Notes: generated from the letters alone by a model not told the origin. DNA of 63,229 bases, filler included, from Candidatus Aminicenantales bacterium (GCA_049512315.1; 6 parts of 6 records of this genome joined end to end with filler, not necessarily neighbours in it), one strand, 5' to 3'. Counted from the first letter of the whole stretch, positions 1 through 10,224 are shown. Numbers and translations are program-made.

Positions 1-578
1 TGGTCCGGGATCTCGACGGGCGCCACCAGTCGGCCCGGCTCCACCGGCGCCTGGGACTGGACCGGCTTGATCCTCGCCGTCTTGGCCACGGCCTTCTTCT
101 TGGCCGGCGGCGGTGGCGGAGGAGGCGGTGGCGGCGGCGGCGCCAGGAACGCGCTGTACACCTCCACCTTCGGCAGCTGCCCGGTCTTCATGAGCGGGAT
201 CATGATGAGGAGAAGGATGAGCATGACGTGGGCCGCCACGGACAGCGGGAAGACGGTGGCCCTGAGTCCCGTATTCTTGTCCGGCCGGAAAAAAGCGTCT
301 TTGAACACTTGGTCCTCCCTGATCTGGGATGCGGGGGCCCCGGCCTGCCGGCGGGCGATCCCGGCCCGGACGCGGCCGGAGAAGGAAGTCCAGTATTCCG
401 CTTCGTGCGGAACGGAAGGAGACTGTCTCGGAAGCCCGTCGAGAGCCCGGAGAAAATCGAGGTCGCGGCGGCACTCCGGGCAGGTCTTGAGGTGTTCTTC
501 GACCGCGGTGCGCTTCCCGCCCTTGAGCTCGCCGTCATGGTAGGCGCCGAGGAGTCCCTGGAGTTTACGGTGTCTCAT
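1..578 (-). CDS. zf-HC2 (ZAS) anti-sigma domain fused to TonB-like TM and proline-rich region (runs off window; absent from ORF track)
   Basis: Manual translation from ATG 578: MRHRKLQGLLGAYHDGEL...HLKTCPEC (HxxxCxxC). In the same frame: TM LSVAAHVMLILLL (SxxxH) and a 12-proline run. Starts 1 nt after the sigma stop. Confidence 0.85.
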   Translation of the reverse strand, partial: MRHRKLQGLLGAYHDGELKGGKRTAVEEHLKTCPECRRDLDFLRALDGLPRQSPSVPHEAEYWTSFSGRVRAGIARRQAGAPASQIREDQVFKDAFFRPDKNTGLRATVFPLSVAAHVMLILLLIMIPLMKTGQLPKVEVYSAFLAPPPPPPPPPPPPAKKKAVAKTARIKPVQSQAPVEPGRLVAPVEIPD

Positions 579-579
579 C

Positions 580-1182
580 TCAAGCTCTCCTCTCCAGGGA
601 ATCCGCCAGGAGCGCCTTCAGCTTCTGCCGGGCCCGGTTGAGCCGGGACATGACGGTGCCCTGCGGCAGATCGAGGGTCCGGGAGATCTCCTCGTAGCTC
701 AATCCCTCGTCAAACCTCAGGACGAAGACGGTCTTCTGCTCGTCGGGAAGGGATGCGACCGCTCTCCGGAACTTCTCCTCGAACTCGGCCTGCTCGAGCC
801 TCGCCTGGGGCAGGTCCTGGGCCGGGCGGGAGTCGTCCCGCCGGCCGGCCATCGCTTCATCCAGGAGAGGCCTTTCCCTGCTCCGGGATTTCAGATAGTT
901 GAGGCTCGTGTTCACGGCGATCTTCCGGAGCCAGGGATAGAAGGGCCACCGGGAGTCGAACTTGGGAAGAGCGAAGTAGGCCTTGATGAAGGTTTCCTGG
1001 GCGAGGTCGTCGGCCGACTGGTGAGCGCCCGTCAGGCGCCGGCAGAGGGCATAGATCATCTGCTGGTATTCCCTGACCAGGCTTTCGAAGGCGTCCACGT
1101 CTCCCTCTTGGGCTTTCCGGACGACGACGGCATCCTCAGGATGCTCGTGCGGCTTGACCGGAGCTCCCATCCCTTCATACAC
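580..1182 (-). CDS. ECF-type RNA polymerase sigma-70 factor (SigW/RpoE-like)
   Basis: DDLAQETFIKA, WLRKIAVN (region 2); LSYEEIS..GTVMSRLNRAR (region 4). True start may be ATG 1170. Confidence 0.95.
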   Translation of the reverse strand: MYEGMGAPVKPHEHPEDAVVVRKAQEGDVDAFESLVREYQQMIYALCRRLTGAHQSADDLAQETFIKAYFALPKFDSRWPFYPWLRKIAVNTSLNYLKSRSRERPLLDEAMAGRRDDSRPAQDLPQARLEQAEFEEKFRRAVASLPDEQKTVFVLRFDEGLSYEEISRTLDLPQGTVMSRLNRARQKLKALLADSLERRA

Positions 1183-1212
1183 CTCCCGGACGGATTTATT
1201 CCCTTTTCGACC

Positions 1213-2001
1213 TCAAGCGTAGCTGTGGAGGCCCGAGAGCAGATAGTTCACGCCGAAGTAGGTAAAGAGGGCGGCCAGGAAGCCCACGATGGCGATGATC
1301 GCCGACCTCTTCCCTTTCCAGCCCATGACGATCCTGGTGTGGAGGTAGAGGGCGAAGACGAGCCAGGTGATCAGGCTCCAGACCTCCTTGGGGTCCCAGC
1401 TCCAGTAGGTGCCCCAGGCTTTGTACGCCCAGACCATGCCGAAGACAAGTCCGCCCAGGGTAAAAAGAGGGAACCCGACGGCGACGCAGCGATAGCTTAC
1501 GGAATCCATCTTCTCTTTTTTCTCCTCCGAATCGGCCGTCAGGTAGAGGATGCTCGTGATGAAGGCGACGGCGAAGAACGCCTCGCCGAGGAGAGTCACC
1601 GAAACGTGGAGCCAGAGCCAGTAGCTCTGGAGGGCGGGAACGAGGGGCGTCGCCTCTTTTGGCATGAGGGGCGAGGAGGCCAGGGCGACGAGGCCGACGA
1701 CGATCAGCATCAGGTAAGCCCCGATCCGGGGGATGCGGAACTTGCGGTCGATGAGGACGAAAGCCAGGACCATCGCCCACGACAGGAACGAGAGCGATTC
1801 GTACATGTTGGTGAACGGTGCGTGGCCGCTCTCGAAGGTCCTCACGAGCAGCGCCGCCGAGTGGAGCACCAGGCCCGCGAAGGCCAGCCCAAGGCCTGGT
1901 TTCGCCCACTTGTCGTTCCTGGAGAACGCCGCGGCCAAGTAGAAGAGCACGGCCAGGATATACAAGACGAACACAATGGTGAACAAGGTCGATTCGACCA
2001 T
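1213..2001 (-). CDS. ccsA: cytochrome c biogenesis protein CcsA/ResC (system II)
   Basis: WWD motif WAYKAWGTYWSWDPKE; C-terminal GLHSYA. Confidence 0.95.
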   Translation of the reverse strand: MVESTLFTIVFVLYILAVLFYLAAAFSRNDKWAKPGLGLAFAGLVLHSAALLVRTFESGHAPFTNMYESLSFLSWAMVLAFVLIDRKFRIPRIGAYLMLIVVGLVALASSPLMPKEATPLVPALQSYWLWLHVSVTLLGEAFFAVAFITSILYLTADSEEKKEKMDSVSYRCVAVGFPLFTLGGLVFGMVWAYKAWGTYWSWDPKEVWSLITWLVFALYLHTRIVMGWKGKRSAIIAIVGFLAALFTYFGVNYLLSGLHSYA

Positions 2002-3359
2002 CAGGATCTCCTCACGGAATTCATGATGTCCTCAAAATCCGCCTGGAAGCTTTCCCGGCTTTTGGAGGCGATGCCTCCGGCCGTGACTTCCGTCCGGTCC
2101 CGGCCTTCCTCCAGGACGGCCCTGATCTCCCGGGGCGGCCAGTAGAAGGCCAGGAAGAAACCGGCGGTCACGAGGAGGCAGCCGACCCAGATGAGCCAGA
2201 CCCCGGGGTCGCAGGCCACCTCGAGGACGGAGTATTCGGAGCCGCGATAGGATTTCAGGACGAAGGAGAGGTCCGTCGGCTTCCCCGAATGCATCTGCTC
2301 TAAATCCGGGTAGTTGGCGAAGATCCAGCCGGAGAAAACCTTCTCGGCGCTCTTCCAGCCTTCGACCTCGGCGGCGGGGTTGTTCGGCTCCTGGGACCTC
2401 GTTTCGACCCGGCGACCCTCTCCGATCACGAAATCGGGGACGAAGCGCTTGACAGAGATTTGGCTGACGTCCTTGGCGTCCACCGCGACCCGTTCTCCCA
2501 CGTTCAGCTGGACGGTGCGGGCGAAGGAGGGGTCGCTTTTTTTCTTGACCGTGACCTCGAGCTTCGGGTTGTCCCAGTCCGAGCCATAGCCCGTCTGATA
2601 GAAGGAAAATCCCTTGTGGGTCAGGGGCTTGTTGACCAGGATGGGCTTGGTGAGGACGGAGGCGCCGTTCTCGAGGACCGTCACGGTGCTTTTCCACGCC
2701 TTCACCATTCCCTGGGGATAGTACTCCGTCTCGAAACGGTCGAGACGGATCTCGAACGAGGACCGCGGGACCTTGACCGTCTGTCCCTCAGAGAGGTCGA
2801 TGTGAGTCCGGAAGCCGGTCAGTCCGCTCACGACCCCGCCGGCGATGATGACCAGCAGGCCGAGATGGACGGCGTCCGAGCCGAAAAGCCCGAACATCTT
2901 TTTCCGGGCCAGCAGGCACAGACGCTTCTGCCCGGCCTGGCTCCTGACACGATAGCGATGGGCTTTCAGGACCGTCTCAAACTTCGTCCGGACCTCTTCG
3001 ACCGGGCCGTTTTTTCCGAACCGGCCCTTAAACTTCAGGGCCAGAAGGCCGGCCGTCTCCGTCTCGACCTCCGGCCGGAAGGCCCGGCACCATTTCGCGG
3101 GGAAACGCGCGAGCGTGCAGACGATCGTGTTGACGGCGAAGAAGAAAAGCAGGATCAGATACCATCCGGAACGGTAGAGCCCCGTGAGCCGGAGGCCGGT
3201 CAAGAGGCCGGCCAGCTGTCCGTAGCGGGCGGCGTAGGCGGCCGGGGGCTCCCCCTGGGGGATGAGCGTCCCGATGACCGAGGCGAGGGCGAGGAGGATC
3301 AGGAGGGCGATGGCCAGCTTGACCGAGGAAAAGAACTTCCAGATGGTTCGCATGTCCAT
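2001..3359 (-). CDS. resB: cytochrome c biogenesis protein ResB/CcsB
   Basis: FFSSVKLAI..GTLIPQ, conserved His in HLGLL, VNKPL, DPGVW; overlaps ccsA start. Start placed at MDMRT. Confidence 0.9.
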   Translation of the reverse strand: MDMRTIWKFFSSVKLAIALLILLALASVIGTLIPQGEPPAAYAARYGQLAGLLTGLRLTGLYRSGWYLILLFFFAVNTIVCTLARFPAKWCRAFRPEVETETAGLLALKFKGRFGKNGPVEEVRTKFETVLKAHRYRVRSQAGQKRLCLLARKKMFGLFGSDAVHLGLLVIIAGGVVSGLTGFRTHIDLSEGQTVKVPRSSFEIRLDRFETEYYPQGMVKAWKSTVTVLENGASVLTKPILVNKPLTHKGFSFYQTGYGSDWDNPKLEVTVKKKSDPSFARTVQLNVGERVAVDAKDVSQISVKRFVPDFVIGEGRRVETRSQEPNNPAAEVEGWKSAEKVFSGWIFANYPDLEQMHSGKPTDLSFVLKSYRGSEYSVLEVACDPGVWLIWVGCLLVTAGFFLAFYWPPREIRAVLEEGRDRTEVTAGGIASKSRESFQADFEDIMNSVRRS

Positions 3360-3518
3360 TCCGGACGGCCGGCGCGGGCCCGGCGAAGGTCCGCGGATCA
3401 GGACCTTAGAGCTCATCAATCATATCCGAGCCGGGGATTCTTGACAACAGGGGATTGTCCCTGCCGCCTCTCCCCTGCCCGTTGACATCCCGGGCGCGAA
3501 GGAATAAATACGGACCTT

Positions 3519-5324
3519 ATGAATAAAGCCGGCTTCAGGGCCGCCCTCGCCGCCGGGTCCGTCCTGGTCACGGCCGTCCTCGCCGCGGCCGGCGCTCAGC
3601 CTACGGCCGGAAAGACGATAACGGCCGTCCGGGCCCTGGGCCCCATAAAGATCGACGGGCGGCTGGTCGAGGACGCCTGGCAGACCCCTGGATACGGCGG
3701 CTTCAACCAGACCGACCCGCAGGACGGCGCGCCGGCGTCCGGGATATCGACCGCGGCAGCCGTGTCGAGGCCTACACCTACGCCGCCGGCGGGGCTTCGA
3801 CGAGCCCGGCCGAGCCGGGGAATCCGTTCCGGACGGGGCACGATCTCAGCGGCAACGCCGGCTTCGACCTCAAGGCCGGGTTGAAGAGTAACCTGACCCT
3901 CGACGCCACGGTCAACCCCGATTTCGGCCAGGTCGAGGTGGACCCGGCGATCATCAATATCAGTGACCAGGAAACCTACTATACGGAAAAGCGGCCGTTC
4001 TTCATCGAGGGCTCGAGCATCTTCAATTTCGGGGCGGGCGGGTTCAACGTCAACAAGTCTTACGGCTGGACCGACCCTCAGTTCTTCTACAGCCGCCGGA
4101 TCGGACGCTCGCCTCAGGGCGGCGTGTCCGGGTCCGGTTTCGTCGACGTGCCCGACTGGGCGACCATCCTCGGCGCGGCCAAGGTCACGGGCAAGCTCGG
4201 CCAGGGATTCAACCTCGGCGCCGTCACGGCCCTGACCCAGCGGGAATATGCCGAGGTCGACCTCGACGGCGACCGGTCCCGGACACGCCGCCCTGGGGGT
4301 TATGTCGCCTGGCTTCGAAGCCAACGACCTCGGCTACCATACGCGCGGCGATCTCATCAACGGCCACGCCGTTCTCGGCTACCAGACCTTCCACCCGGAC
4401 AGGATTTTCCGCCATTGGAGCGCGACGGCGACCTACTACCGGAACTACGACTTCGGGGGCAACCGGACCGACGAGGACATCGCGTTGGACGTCGCGGGCC
4501 AGTTCTTGAGCTACTGGACGGCCGGGCTCCATTACGACTACGAGCCGCCGAAGTTCAGCCATTGGCTGACGCGCGGCGGGCCGATGGCCTATTACCCCGC
4601 GGGGAGCACGTACAGCGGGATGGTTGGGAGCGACAACCGCAAGCCCTTCGTCTTCAAGCTCAGTGGCCGCTTGCGCACTCATCCGAGCGGTGGCTACAAT
4701 TGGACGCTGGAGGGCGGGCTGACCTGGAAGCCCCGGACGAACATCAGCCTCTCGGTCGGCCCAAGCTACACCTGGCGCTACTCGAACGGCGAATGGATCA
4801 CGAGTGTCGTCGACCCCCTCAAGATCGAGACGTACGGGACCCGCTACATCCTCGCTGATATCGTCCAGAAAACGCTGCCGGTCGAGATCCGGCTGAACTG
4901 GACGTTCACGCCGCGGCTGAGCCTGCAGGCCTATCTCCAACCGTTCATCGGGTCGAGCGACTACCGGAGGTTCAAGGAACTGAAGGCCGCGCGCACCTTC
5001 GACTTCGACTTTTTCGGGGAGTCTGACGGCTCGACGATCTCGTTCGTGAACGGGGTCTACACGGTCGACCCCGACGGGCCCGCCGGCTGGGCCCCGTCCT
5101 TCACCTTTCACGACCCGAACTTCCGCCTCCGGTCGCTCCGCGGCACGGTCGTCCTCCGCTGGGAGTACAGGCCGGGCTCGATGCTTTATTTCGTCTGGAC
5201 GCAGAAACGGGCCGACACGAGCCTCGCCGGGGAGTACGACCTCCGGGACGACCTGGGGGCCACCTTCCGGGCGCCGGGCGAGAACATCTTCCTGCTGAAA
5301 TGCACCTACCGGTTCCAGTTGTAG
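3519..5324 (+). pseudogene. DUF5916 / CBM9-like outer-membrane protein with two internal deletions and frameshifts
   Basis: Signal peptide plus IDGRLVEDAW in one frame; TVNPDFGQVEVD..EKRPFFIEG..FYSRRIG in a second; VLRWEYRPGS..KCTYRF in a third. Breaks near 3740 and 4282. Confidence 0.8.
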
Positions 5325-5339
5325 CGCGGACGCCGGGCC

Positions 5340-5753
5340 TCAACGCACGCCCAGCCAGAAAATGCTGAACAGCAGGACGGCCAGGACGAAAATCGTCACT
5401 GCAGCAAAAATGTGATCTCGTTGGCGGAGAAAAGCGAGGACCGAAAAGGCGACCCGGGCCACGGGTGTTGCGATAAGCAGGAGCAGCCCGGCCATGATGA
5501 AGCCGCGCCCACGGAACCGGGTGCCCGCCGTGAAGATGTTTTCGACGAGACGGAAGTCCGGCGGCTCTCCGCGGAAAACGCGATACGCTGTCGCCTGGTT
5601 CCCGTGGCGGGCAAGATAGATCGCGGCCCCGACGGCCACGACGGCGGCTGAAAGGACAAGCCCCAGACGCAGCAGGTTGCTAATGATCCTGTCAACCTGG
5701 TCGCCGGTCCAGCCGTGGCCGGACTCCGGTCTAGAGTTTTCCGGTGAGTCCAT
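5340..5753 (-). CDS. DUF1634 family membrane protein
   Basis: GLLLLIATPVARV motif; usual partner of TauE/SafE genes. Confidence 0.85.
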   Translation of the reverse strand: MDSPENSRPESGHGWTGDQVDRIISNLLRLGLVLSAAVVAVGAAIYLARHGNQATAYRVFRGEPPDFRLVENIFTAGTRFRGRGFIMAGLLLLIATPVARVAFSVLAFLRQRDHIFAAVTIFVLAVLLFSIFWLGVR

Positions 5754-6573
5754 TGAAAATCATCTCCACACCAAGCAAGAAAATCACCACGTCGAAGAGC
5801 AGACGGAGGTGCCGGGTCGGGGTCCGGACCAGGACCCGGGTTCCCAGGACGGACCCGGCCAGCACCCCAAGCATGACGGGCATGGTCAGGCCCGGGTCGA
5901 TATATCCTCGGTGAAGATAGATGCCGGCGCTGCTCGCCGCAGTGACGCCGATCATGAAATTGCTCGTCGCCGTCGAGACCTTGAACGGGATTCCCATGAC
6001 CCGGTCCATGGCGATGACCTTGAGCGCCCCCGAGCCGATGCCGAGAAGGCCCGACAGGGCGCCGGCGACGGACATCAGACCGAGGCCAGCGGGCACGCGC
6101 CGGACATGGTAGGCGACTCTCCCCCTCAGCGACGGATATTCTCCGTCGAGGCGCAGCCGGGCTGTCAGGCGGTCTGACGGGACGGGAAGCGGCGATGGGG
6201 CGTCGGAGTGCTTGGCGAAGGAAAAGAACACATTGACGATGAGCACGGATCCGAACACGACGGCGATCACGGGAGGGCTGACCACGGCGGCTAGGAAGGC
6301 GCCGGCGATGGCCCCGAGAGTCGTGCCGACCTCGAGGAACATGCCGACCCGGATGTTGCTGAACCCTTCCTTGACATAGGCCGAGGCGGCCCCCGACGAC
6401 GTGGCGATTACCGAAACCAGCGAGGCGCCGATCGCGTAGCGGATATCGACGCCGAGAGCCAGCGTTAGGAAGGGCACGATCACCACTCCCCCGCCGAGGC
6501 CCGTCAGGGCGCCCAGGAAGCCGGCCGCGAGTGAAACGCCGAGCACGACCGCCGTTAAGCCGAGAATGGTCAT
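5731..6573 (-). CDS. sulfite exporter TauE/SafE family permease
   Basis: GLGGGVVIVP, GLLGIGSG, ATSNFMIGVTAA. Confidence 0.9.
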   Translation of the reverse strand: MTILGLTAVVLGVSLAAGFLGALTGLGGGVVIVPFLTLALGVDIRYAIGASLVSVIATSSGAASAYVKEGFSNIRVGMFLEVGTTLGAIAGAFLAAVVSPPVIAVVFGSVLIVNVFFSFAKHSDAPSPLPVPSDRLTARLRLDGEYPSLRGRVAYHVRRVPAGLGLMSVAGALSGLLGIGSGALKVIAMDRVMGIPFKVSTATSNFMIGVTAASSAGIYLHRGYIDPGLTMPVMLGVLAGSVLGTRVLVRTPTRHLRLLFDVVIFLLGVEMIFNGLTGKL

Positions 6574-6705
6574 CCCATTGCCCGCCGGGATGCCGGGATC
6601 TCAAAACGACAGGGCTGCTTATCCCCCCGCATCATGGCCGTTCAACTCCCTAGTATCATAGTCGAATCGGGATTCCCGGGCAATTTAGGCCCTCATGAGA
6701 GATGT

Positions 6706-7740
6706 CTAATGATGAGGAACAAGGGCTTTCAGGATCGGCTCGACCCAGCCGTCCTTATCGATGTCGTAGACGATGAAGTCCGAGTCGAACTGCCAGTAGG
6801 CCCAGGCCCAGCCGAGAGATTCGGCTGTGCGGGCAACGGCCGCTGTGTATCGCGCCCGTGAATCCATCGGGCCTTTATCATAAGCGCCGAATTCGCCGAG
6901 AAAAATCGGGCGGCGATGCAAGGACGACCATTTCTGGACGAGGGCGAAATCGTCCTCGACGCGCTTTTTCTCGGCGGCCGTGCCCCAAGTCACGCCGGAC
7001 AGATGGACATTCTCGGGCGTCCAAGCCGCTCCTTGGTGGGTGAAGCTCATCGGTTCGTAATAATGGACTGTTACGATGATGTTCCGGTCTGACTCAGGCA
7101 GCACGAGCTCATCCAGATGGTCAATGCCGTTCCATTCCGGAGGGCCGATGACGACCGTCCGCGCCGGATTGGTCGCGCGGATGACCGCCAGCGCCTCGAC
7201 CAGCCATTCATTCCAAAGATCGGCCGTCAGATGGCCGTTGGGCTCGTTCAGGATCTCGAAAAGAACGGTCTCCGGGGCGTCCTTGTATCGCTCGGCGATC
7301 TGCTTCCAATAGGCCAAGAGCCGGGGCTTGAAAAGGGCCGGGTTCTCGGCGACATCGTTATAGTTGTGAAGGTCGAGGACGACCATGAGGCCGTTCTCCA
7401 GGGCGCTCTTGACCGCCCAATCCAACGTTTTCAGCCAGCTCTCATCGAGCTTGTAGCCGTTTCCGGCGTCCATCCGCTGGAGGGCGTGAAGGTTGATGCG
7501 GACGCTCTGAAATCCGGCCTCGTGGATGAGCTTGAAATGCTTTTCCTTGAAACGGCCATCCTTGAAATGATCCCAGATGAGGTCATAGCCGAGGATGTTC
7601 ACCCCGCGGCCGAGCCGCTTCACTTGGCCGAATGGGTCCGCCGCCGCGGTAGCTCTTGTGAGAACAGCGATAAAAATGACCAATACCACCAAGAGAAACG
7701 CCAATGCCGCCCCCCGCCCATGCTTTGCGATAATCAACAT
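6706..7740 (-). CDS. glycoside hydrolase family 5 (endoglucanase/mannanase-like), secreted
   Basis: EILNEP (acid/base), HYYEP, FTHQGA, LGEFG (nucleophile); N-terminal hydrophobic segment. Confidence 0.92.
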   Translation of the reverse strand: MLIIAKHGRGAALAFLLVVLVIFIAVLTRATAAADPFGQVKRLGRGVNILGYDLIWDHFKDGRFKEKHFKLIHEAGFQSVRINLHALQRMDAGNGYKLDESWLKTLDWAVKSALENGLMVVLDLHNYNDVAENPALFKPRLLAYWKQIAERYKDAPETVLFEILNEPNGHLTADLWNEWLVEALAVIRATNPARTVVIGPPEWNGIDHLDELVLPESDRNIIVTVHYYEPMSFTHQGAAWTPENVHLSGVTWGTAAEKKRVEDDFALVQKWSSLHRRPIFLGEFGAYDKGPMDSRARYTAAVARTAESLGWAWAYWQFDSDFIVYDIDKDGWVEPILKALVPHH

Positions 7741-7906
7741 CTCAACCTCCTCATTCCACGTTCACGACAGGCCCGTTTCAGCTAGCACCGACGATGACGC
7801 CTAAGGATAGCACAGAATCCTATCGTTCGGCCAAGATCGGCCGCAGGGTGCTTATAGGAAAAAGGCCCGACAAGCAAGGACGCATAATTTGTGATCGGGG
7901 GGAAAT

Positions 7907-7952
7907 CGAGAGCCAGCGAGAGGAATTGAACCTCCGACCTACTGATTCCGAA
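7907..7952 (-). pseudogene. tRNA-Thr-like 3' half (att remnant, copy 1)
   Basis: Minus strand TTCGGAATCAGTAGGTCGGAGGTTCAATTCCTCTCGCTGGCTC has a T-arm and acceptor 3' strand but no 5' half or CCA. 41 nt are identical to 10225-10265. Confidence 0.8.
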
Positions 7953-8017
7953 TGAGTCGCGCGCCGCAGCGATATAATCCCCTCAGGACCGTCCGGCGCG
8001 TCGACTCCATTTGGGTC

Positions 8018-8280
8018 TTAGCCAGTCTTGTACTTGCCGCGGATCTTTGCGCCGGATAGCGGACCACCCAGCAGAGCGCTGACGTAGCAAAGGTCAAGCG
8101 CTCCGGCGCTCAACGGGAGAGCACTCCACGCCATGGACAGCACGCCGAGCGCATGGTCCCGATACACATAGCCGACCACCAGGAATCCTGTGCCGGCGAC
8201 CAAACGAAAGATGCGGCCCGCCGGACTGTTGATAATCGCGAGAAACCCGATCGATTGAAGACTTCTTCGAGCCTGGGCAT
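8018..8280 (-). pseudogene. small two-TM membrane protein (YgaP/DUF2892-like) with probable 1-nt frameshift
   Basis: GAGGAGG RBS before ATG 8280 gives MPRLEEVFNRSGFSR; the continuation INSPAGRIFRLVAG is in another frame. One extra T near 8234 would join them. Confidence 0.6.
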
Positions 8281-8309
8281 GGAAAACCTCCTCTTGGACG
8301 AGATAAAAG

Positions 8310-8415
8310 GATATGGAATTCGTTATTTTGCGCGGCATGGAATCTCCGGCTTCGGGCTCAGAATCAACCCATCCCCTCACGAAATTAGGATATCCCGGCC
8401 CCGGACAGGTGTCAA
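8310..8415 (-). mobile_element. IS91-like terminal segment with outward promoter (family C, copy 1)
   Basis: TTGACA-N17-TATCCT ... GCCGCGCAAAATAACGAATTCCATATC; same length and landmarks as copies at 11025, 22384 and 48568. Confidence 0.6.
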
Positions 8416-8586
8416 GAAATCAAAATCCCAACTGCTAGACCGGAGGCAGGCTTAATGGCTGTCAAGATTCGTGACGTGTTGGGGGCTAAAAAGGGCCTAA
8501 ATCGGCTTAAACGAGCTTACTGTCAGTTTCTGCGGCGAGTGCCCGTAAGTCGCTGATTTTCTAGGGTCAACAGGGGGGGATTTGAG

Positions 8587-8610
8587 TGGCGCGCCTGAGA
8601 GGATCAGAAC
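8587..8610 (-). pseudogene. tRNA-Arg-like 3' end (att remnant)
   Basis: Minus strand GTTCTGATCCTCTCAGGCGCGCCA; IHF-like site AATCAGCGACTTA about 30 nt downstream. Confidence 0.6.
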
Positions 8611-9089
8611 ATGCCTGGGATCATACGCCACTGTACGCTTTGCTTGTACTGGCGATACTCTTCAGGGAACTTTCCGAGCAGGAACTCTTCTTCCTTAAGA
8701 GCCGACATGATGATACGCACTTTTATCAATACTGCGAGAATGAACGTCCAGATAATGCCGAAGGCGAGTCCAATCCCCAGGTTTATGAATATCATGCTCA
8801 GGTACAATGGATGGCGTATCTTCGAGTACACTCCGGCTGTCACAATGCGCGTGATATCATCTGACTGATGATGGGCTTGCTGGTGGACTCGCTCACAATA
8901 ATGATGAAATGCCACCCCGCTGAGAAACAACACCCCTCCTATCACATTCAACGCAGGGAACAGCGGCATCCTAGGCCAGGAAAACATCCATCCCAGGATA
9001 CCGGTGCCTATGAGCAGTACCCCTTCAACCCCGCTTATATAAATCGGATTTGCGAGAAGGATTATATCAATCACGTTTCTTTTTATCAT
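8604..9089 (-). CDS. isoprenylcysteine carboxylmethyltransferase (ICMT/PEMT) family protein
   Basis: GVYSKIRHPLY and EEEFL..F.EEY..Y motifs; GAGG RBS before ATG 9089. Confidence 0.9.
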   Translation of the reverse strand: MIKRNVIDIILLANPIYISGVEGVLLIGTGILGWMFSWPRMPLFPALNVIGGVLFLSGVAFHHYCERVHQQAHHQSDDITRIVTAGVYSKIRHPLYLSMIFINLGIGLAFGIIWTFILAVLIKVRIIMSALKEEEFLLGKFPEEYRQYKQSVQWRMIPGMF

Positions 9090-9100
9090 ATGCCTCAACT

Positions 9101-9148
9101 TGACCTGCCCCGCATCAAAGTACCACCCATGATGTGAGATTTTCAAGC
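9101..9148 (+). mobile_element. IS3-like terminal repeat A (48 bp)
   Basis: TGACCTGCCCCGCATCAAAGTACCACCCATGATGTGAGATTTTCAAGC; one of 8 copies in the window. Confidence 0.75.
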
Positions 9149-9285
9149 ATTGGGGCATCTCACAGCAGTCGCCGCCCGTCTCAAAGATTTTTGATGCCAA
9201 AGGCTGAACTTTCTTATACACTACACTTAGTAAAGAATGGCTGCGCCGAACGAGCAGCGGCGTTAAACATTATGAGGAGGAACCT

Positions 9286-10017
9286 ATGAAAAAGCACTTC
9301 GCCTGGACGATGACCGCCGTGATCGCCCTTTCGTTCTCTGCCCTACCGGGATACGGCCAGACGTCCAAAGATGTTTTAAACAAGATGATCGAAGCTCAGG
9401 GCGGACGTAAATACCTAGAGACGATCAAGGACTCCACCATGTCGGGCACGATGGAGCTCACGCAGATGGGCATGAGCGGGACCCTCACGATGTACCTGAA
9501 AGAGCACAACAAGATGCGCATGGACATGGAGTTCGCGGGCATGGTCATCACGCAGGCCTACGACGGCCAGAAGGGCTGGGTCACCAACCCCCAGACGGGA
9601 GCCACCGAGGAGATGCCTGAGGTCCAGGCAAAGGCGATCGCCCGGCAGGCCTTGGGGAACGGCGCCCTGCTCAATCCCGAGAAATTAGGCATCACCTACA
9701 CGCTCAAGCCCAAGGCCAGCTTGGAGAACAAGGAGTATATCGTTCTCGAACAGACGATGGCCGACGGCCACAAGAGTATCATGTACGTCGACCCCGCCAC
9801 ATATCTAACCTACAAGGTGGAGACGACAGGGGTGAATCAGGCCGGCGCGGAAGCCAAGGTCGAGAGCTATCAGAGCGATTACCGGAAAGTCGGCCCGGCC
9901 CTCGTCGCCCACTCGATCAGGATCGTCCAGGACGGCGCCGAATTTGCCAAGATGGTAATCACGAAGATCACTTACAACGCCGCCCTCGACGATTCGCTCT
10001 TCGCGATAGGCAAATAG
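9286..10017 (+). CDS. LolA-like outer-membrane lipoprotein-sorting protein
   Basis: Signal peptide; IEAQGG, YDGQKGW, SDYRKV, NAALDDSLF. Confidence 0.75.
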   Translation: MKKHFAWTMTAVIALSFSALPGYGQTSKDVLNKMIEAQGGRKYLETIKDSTMSGTMELTQMGMSGTLTMYLKEHNKMRMDMEFAGMVITQAYDGQKGWVTNPQTGATEEMPEVQAKAIARQALGNGALLNPEKLGITYTLKPKASLENKEYIVLEQTMADGHKSIMYVDPATYLTYKVETTGVNQAGAEAKVESYQSDYRKVGPALVAHSIRIVQDGAEFAKMVITKITYNAALDDSLFAIGK

Positions 10018-10111
10018 CCCAATCCCTCGTCCCTGATAGAGCCTGGCTTAGGCGTGCGGCACGAAAGAGGATTTTCTTATTCATTGAGGACGTAGATGAC
10101 CTGCCTCTGAC

Positions 10112-10210
10112 TGTGCTCAAATTGTGCTCAGCAGAGGCCTAAAACGGTGTAAAGTTGTACAAAATTGCGACAAGTTTGGGGCGCTGGGGATGATGACTAA
10201 CTGCTTGATT
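10112..10210. promoter_or_regulatory. tyrosine-integrase arm-type repeats plus IHF-like site
   Basis: TGTGCTCA repeated at 10112 and 10123; minus-strand AATCAAGCAGTTA fits WATCAANNNNTTR; adjacent to a tRNA fragment. Confidence 0.55.
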
Positions 10211-10224
10211 TCTTGGGAATAAGG

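Noticed and set aside
100..145. GGC-type trinucleotide run resembling a microsatellite
   Set aside because: Encodes the polyproline linker on the minus strand, with mixed codons.
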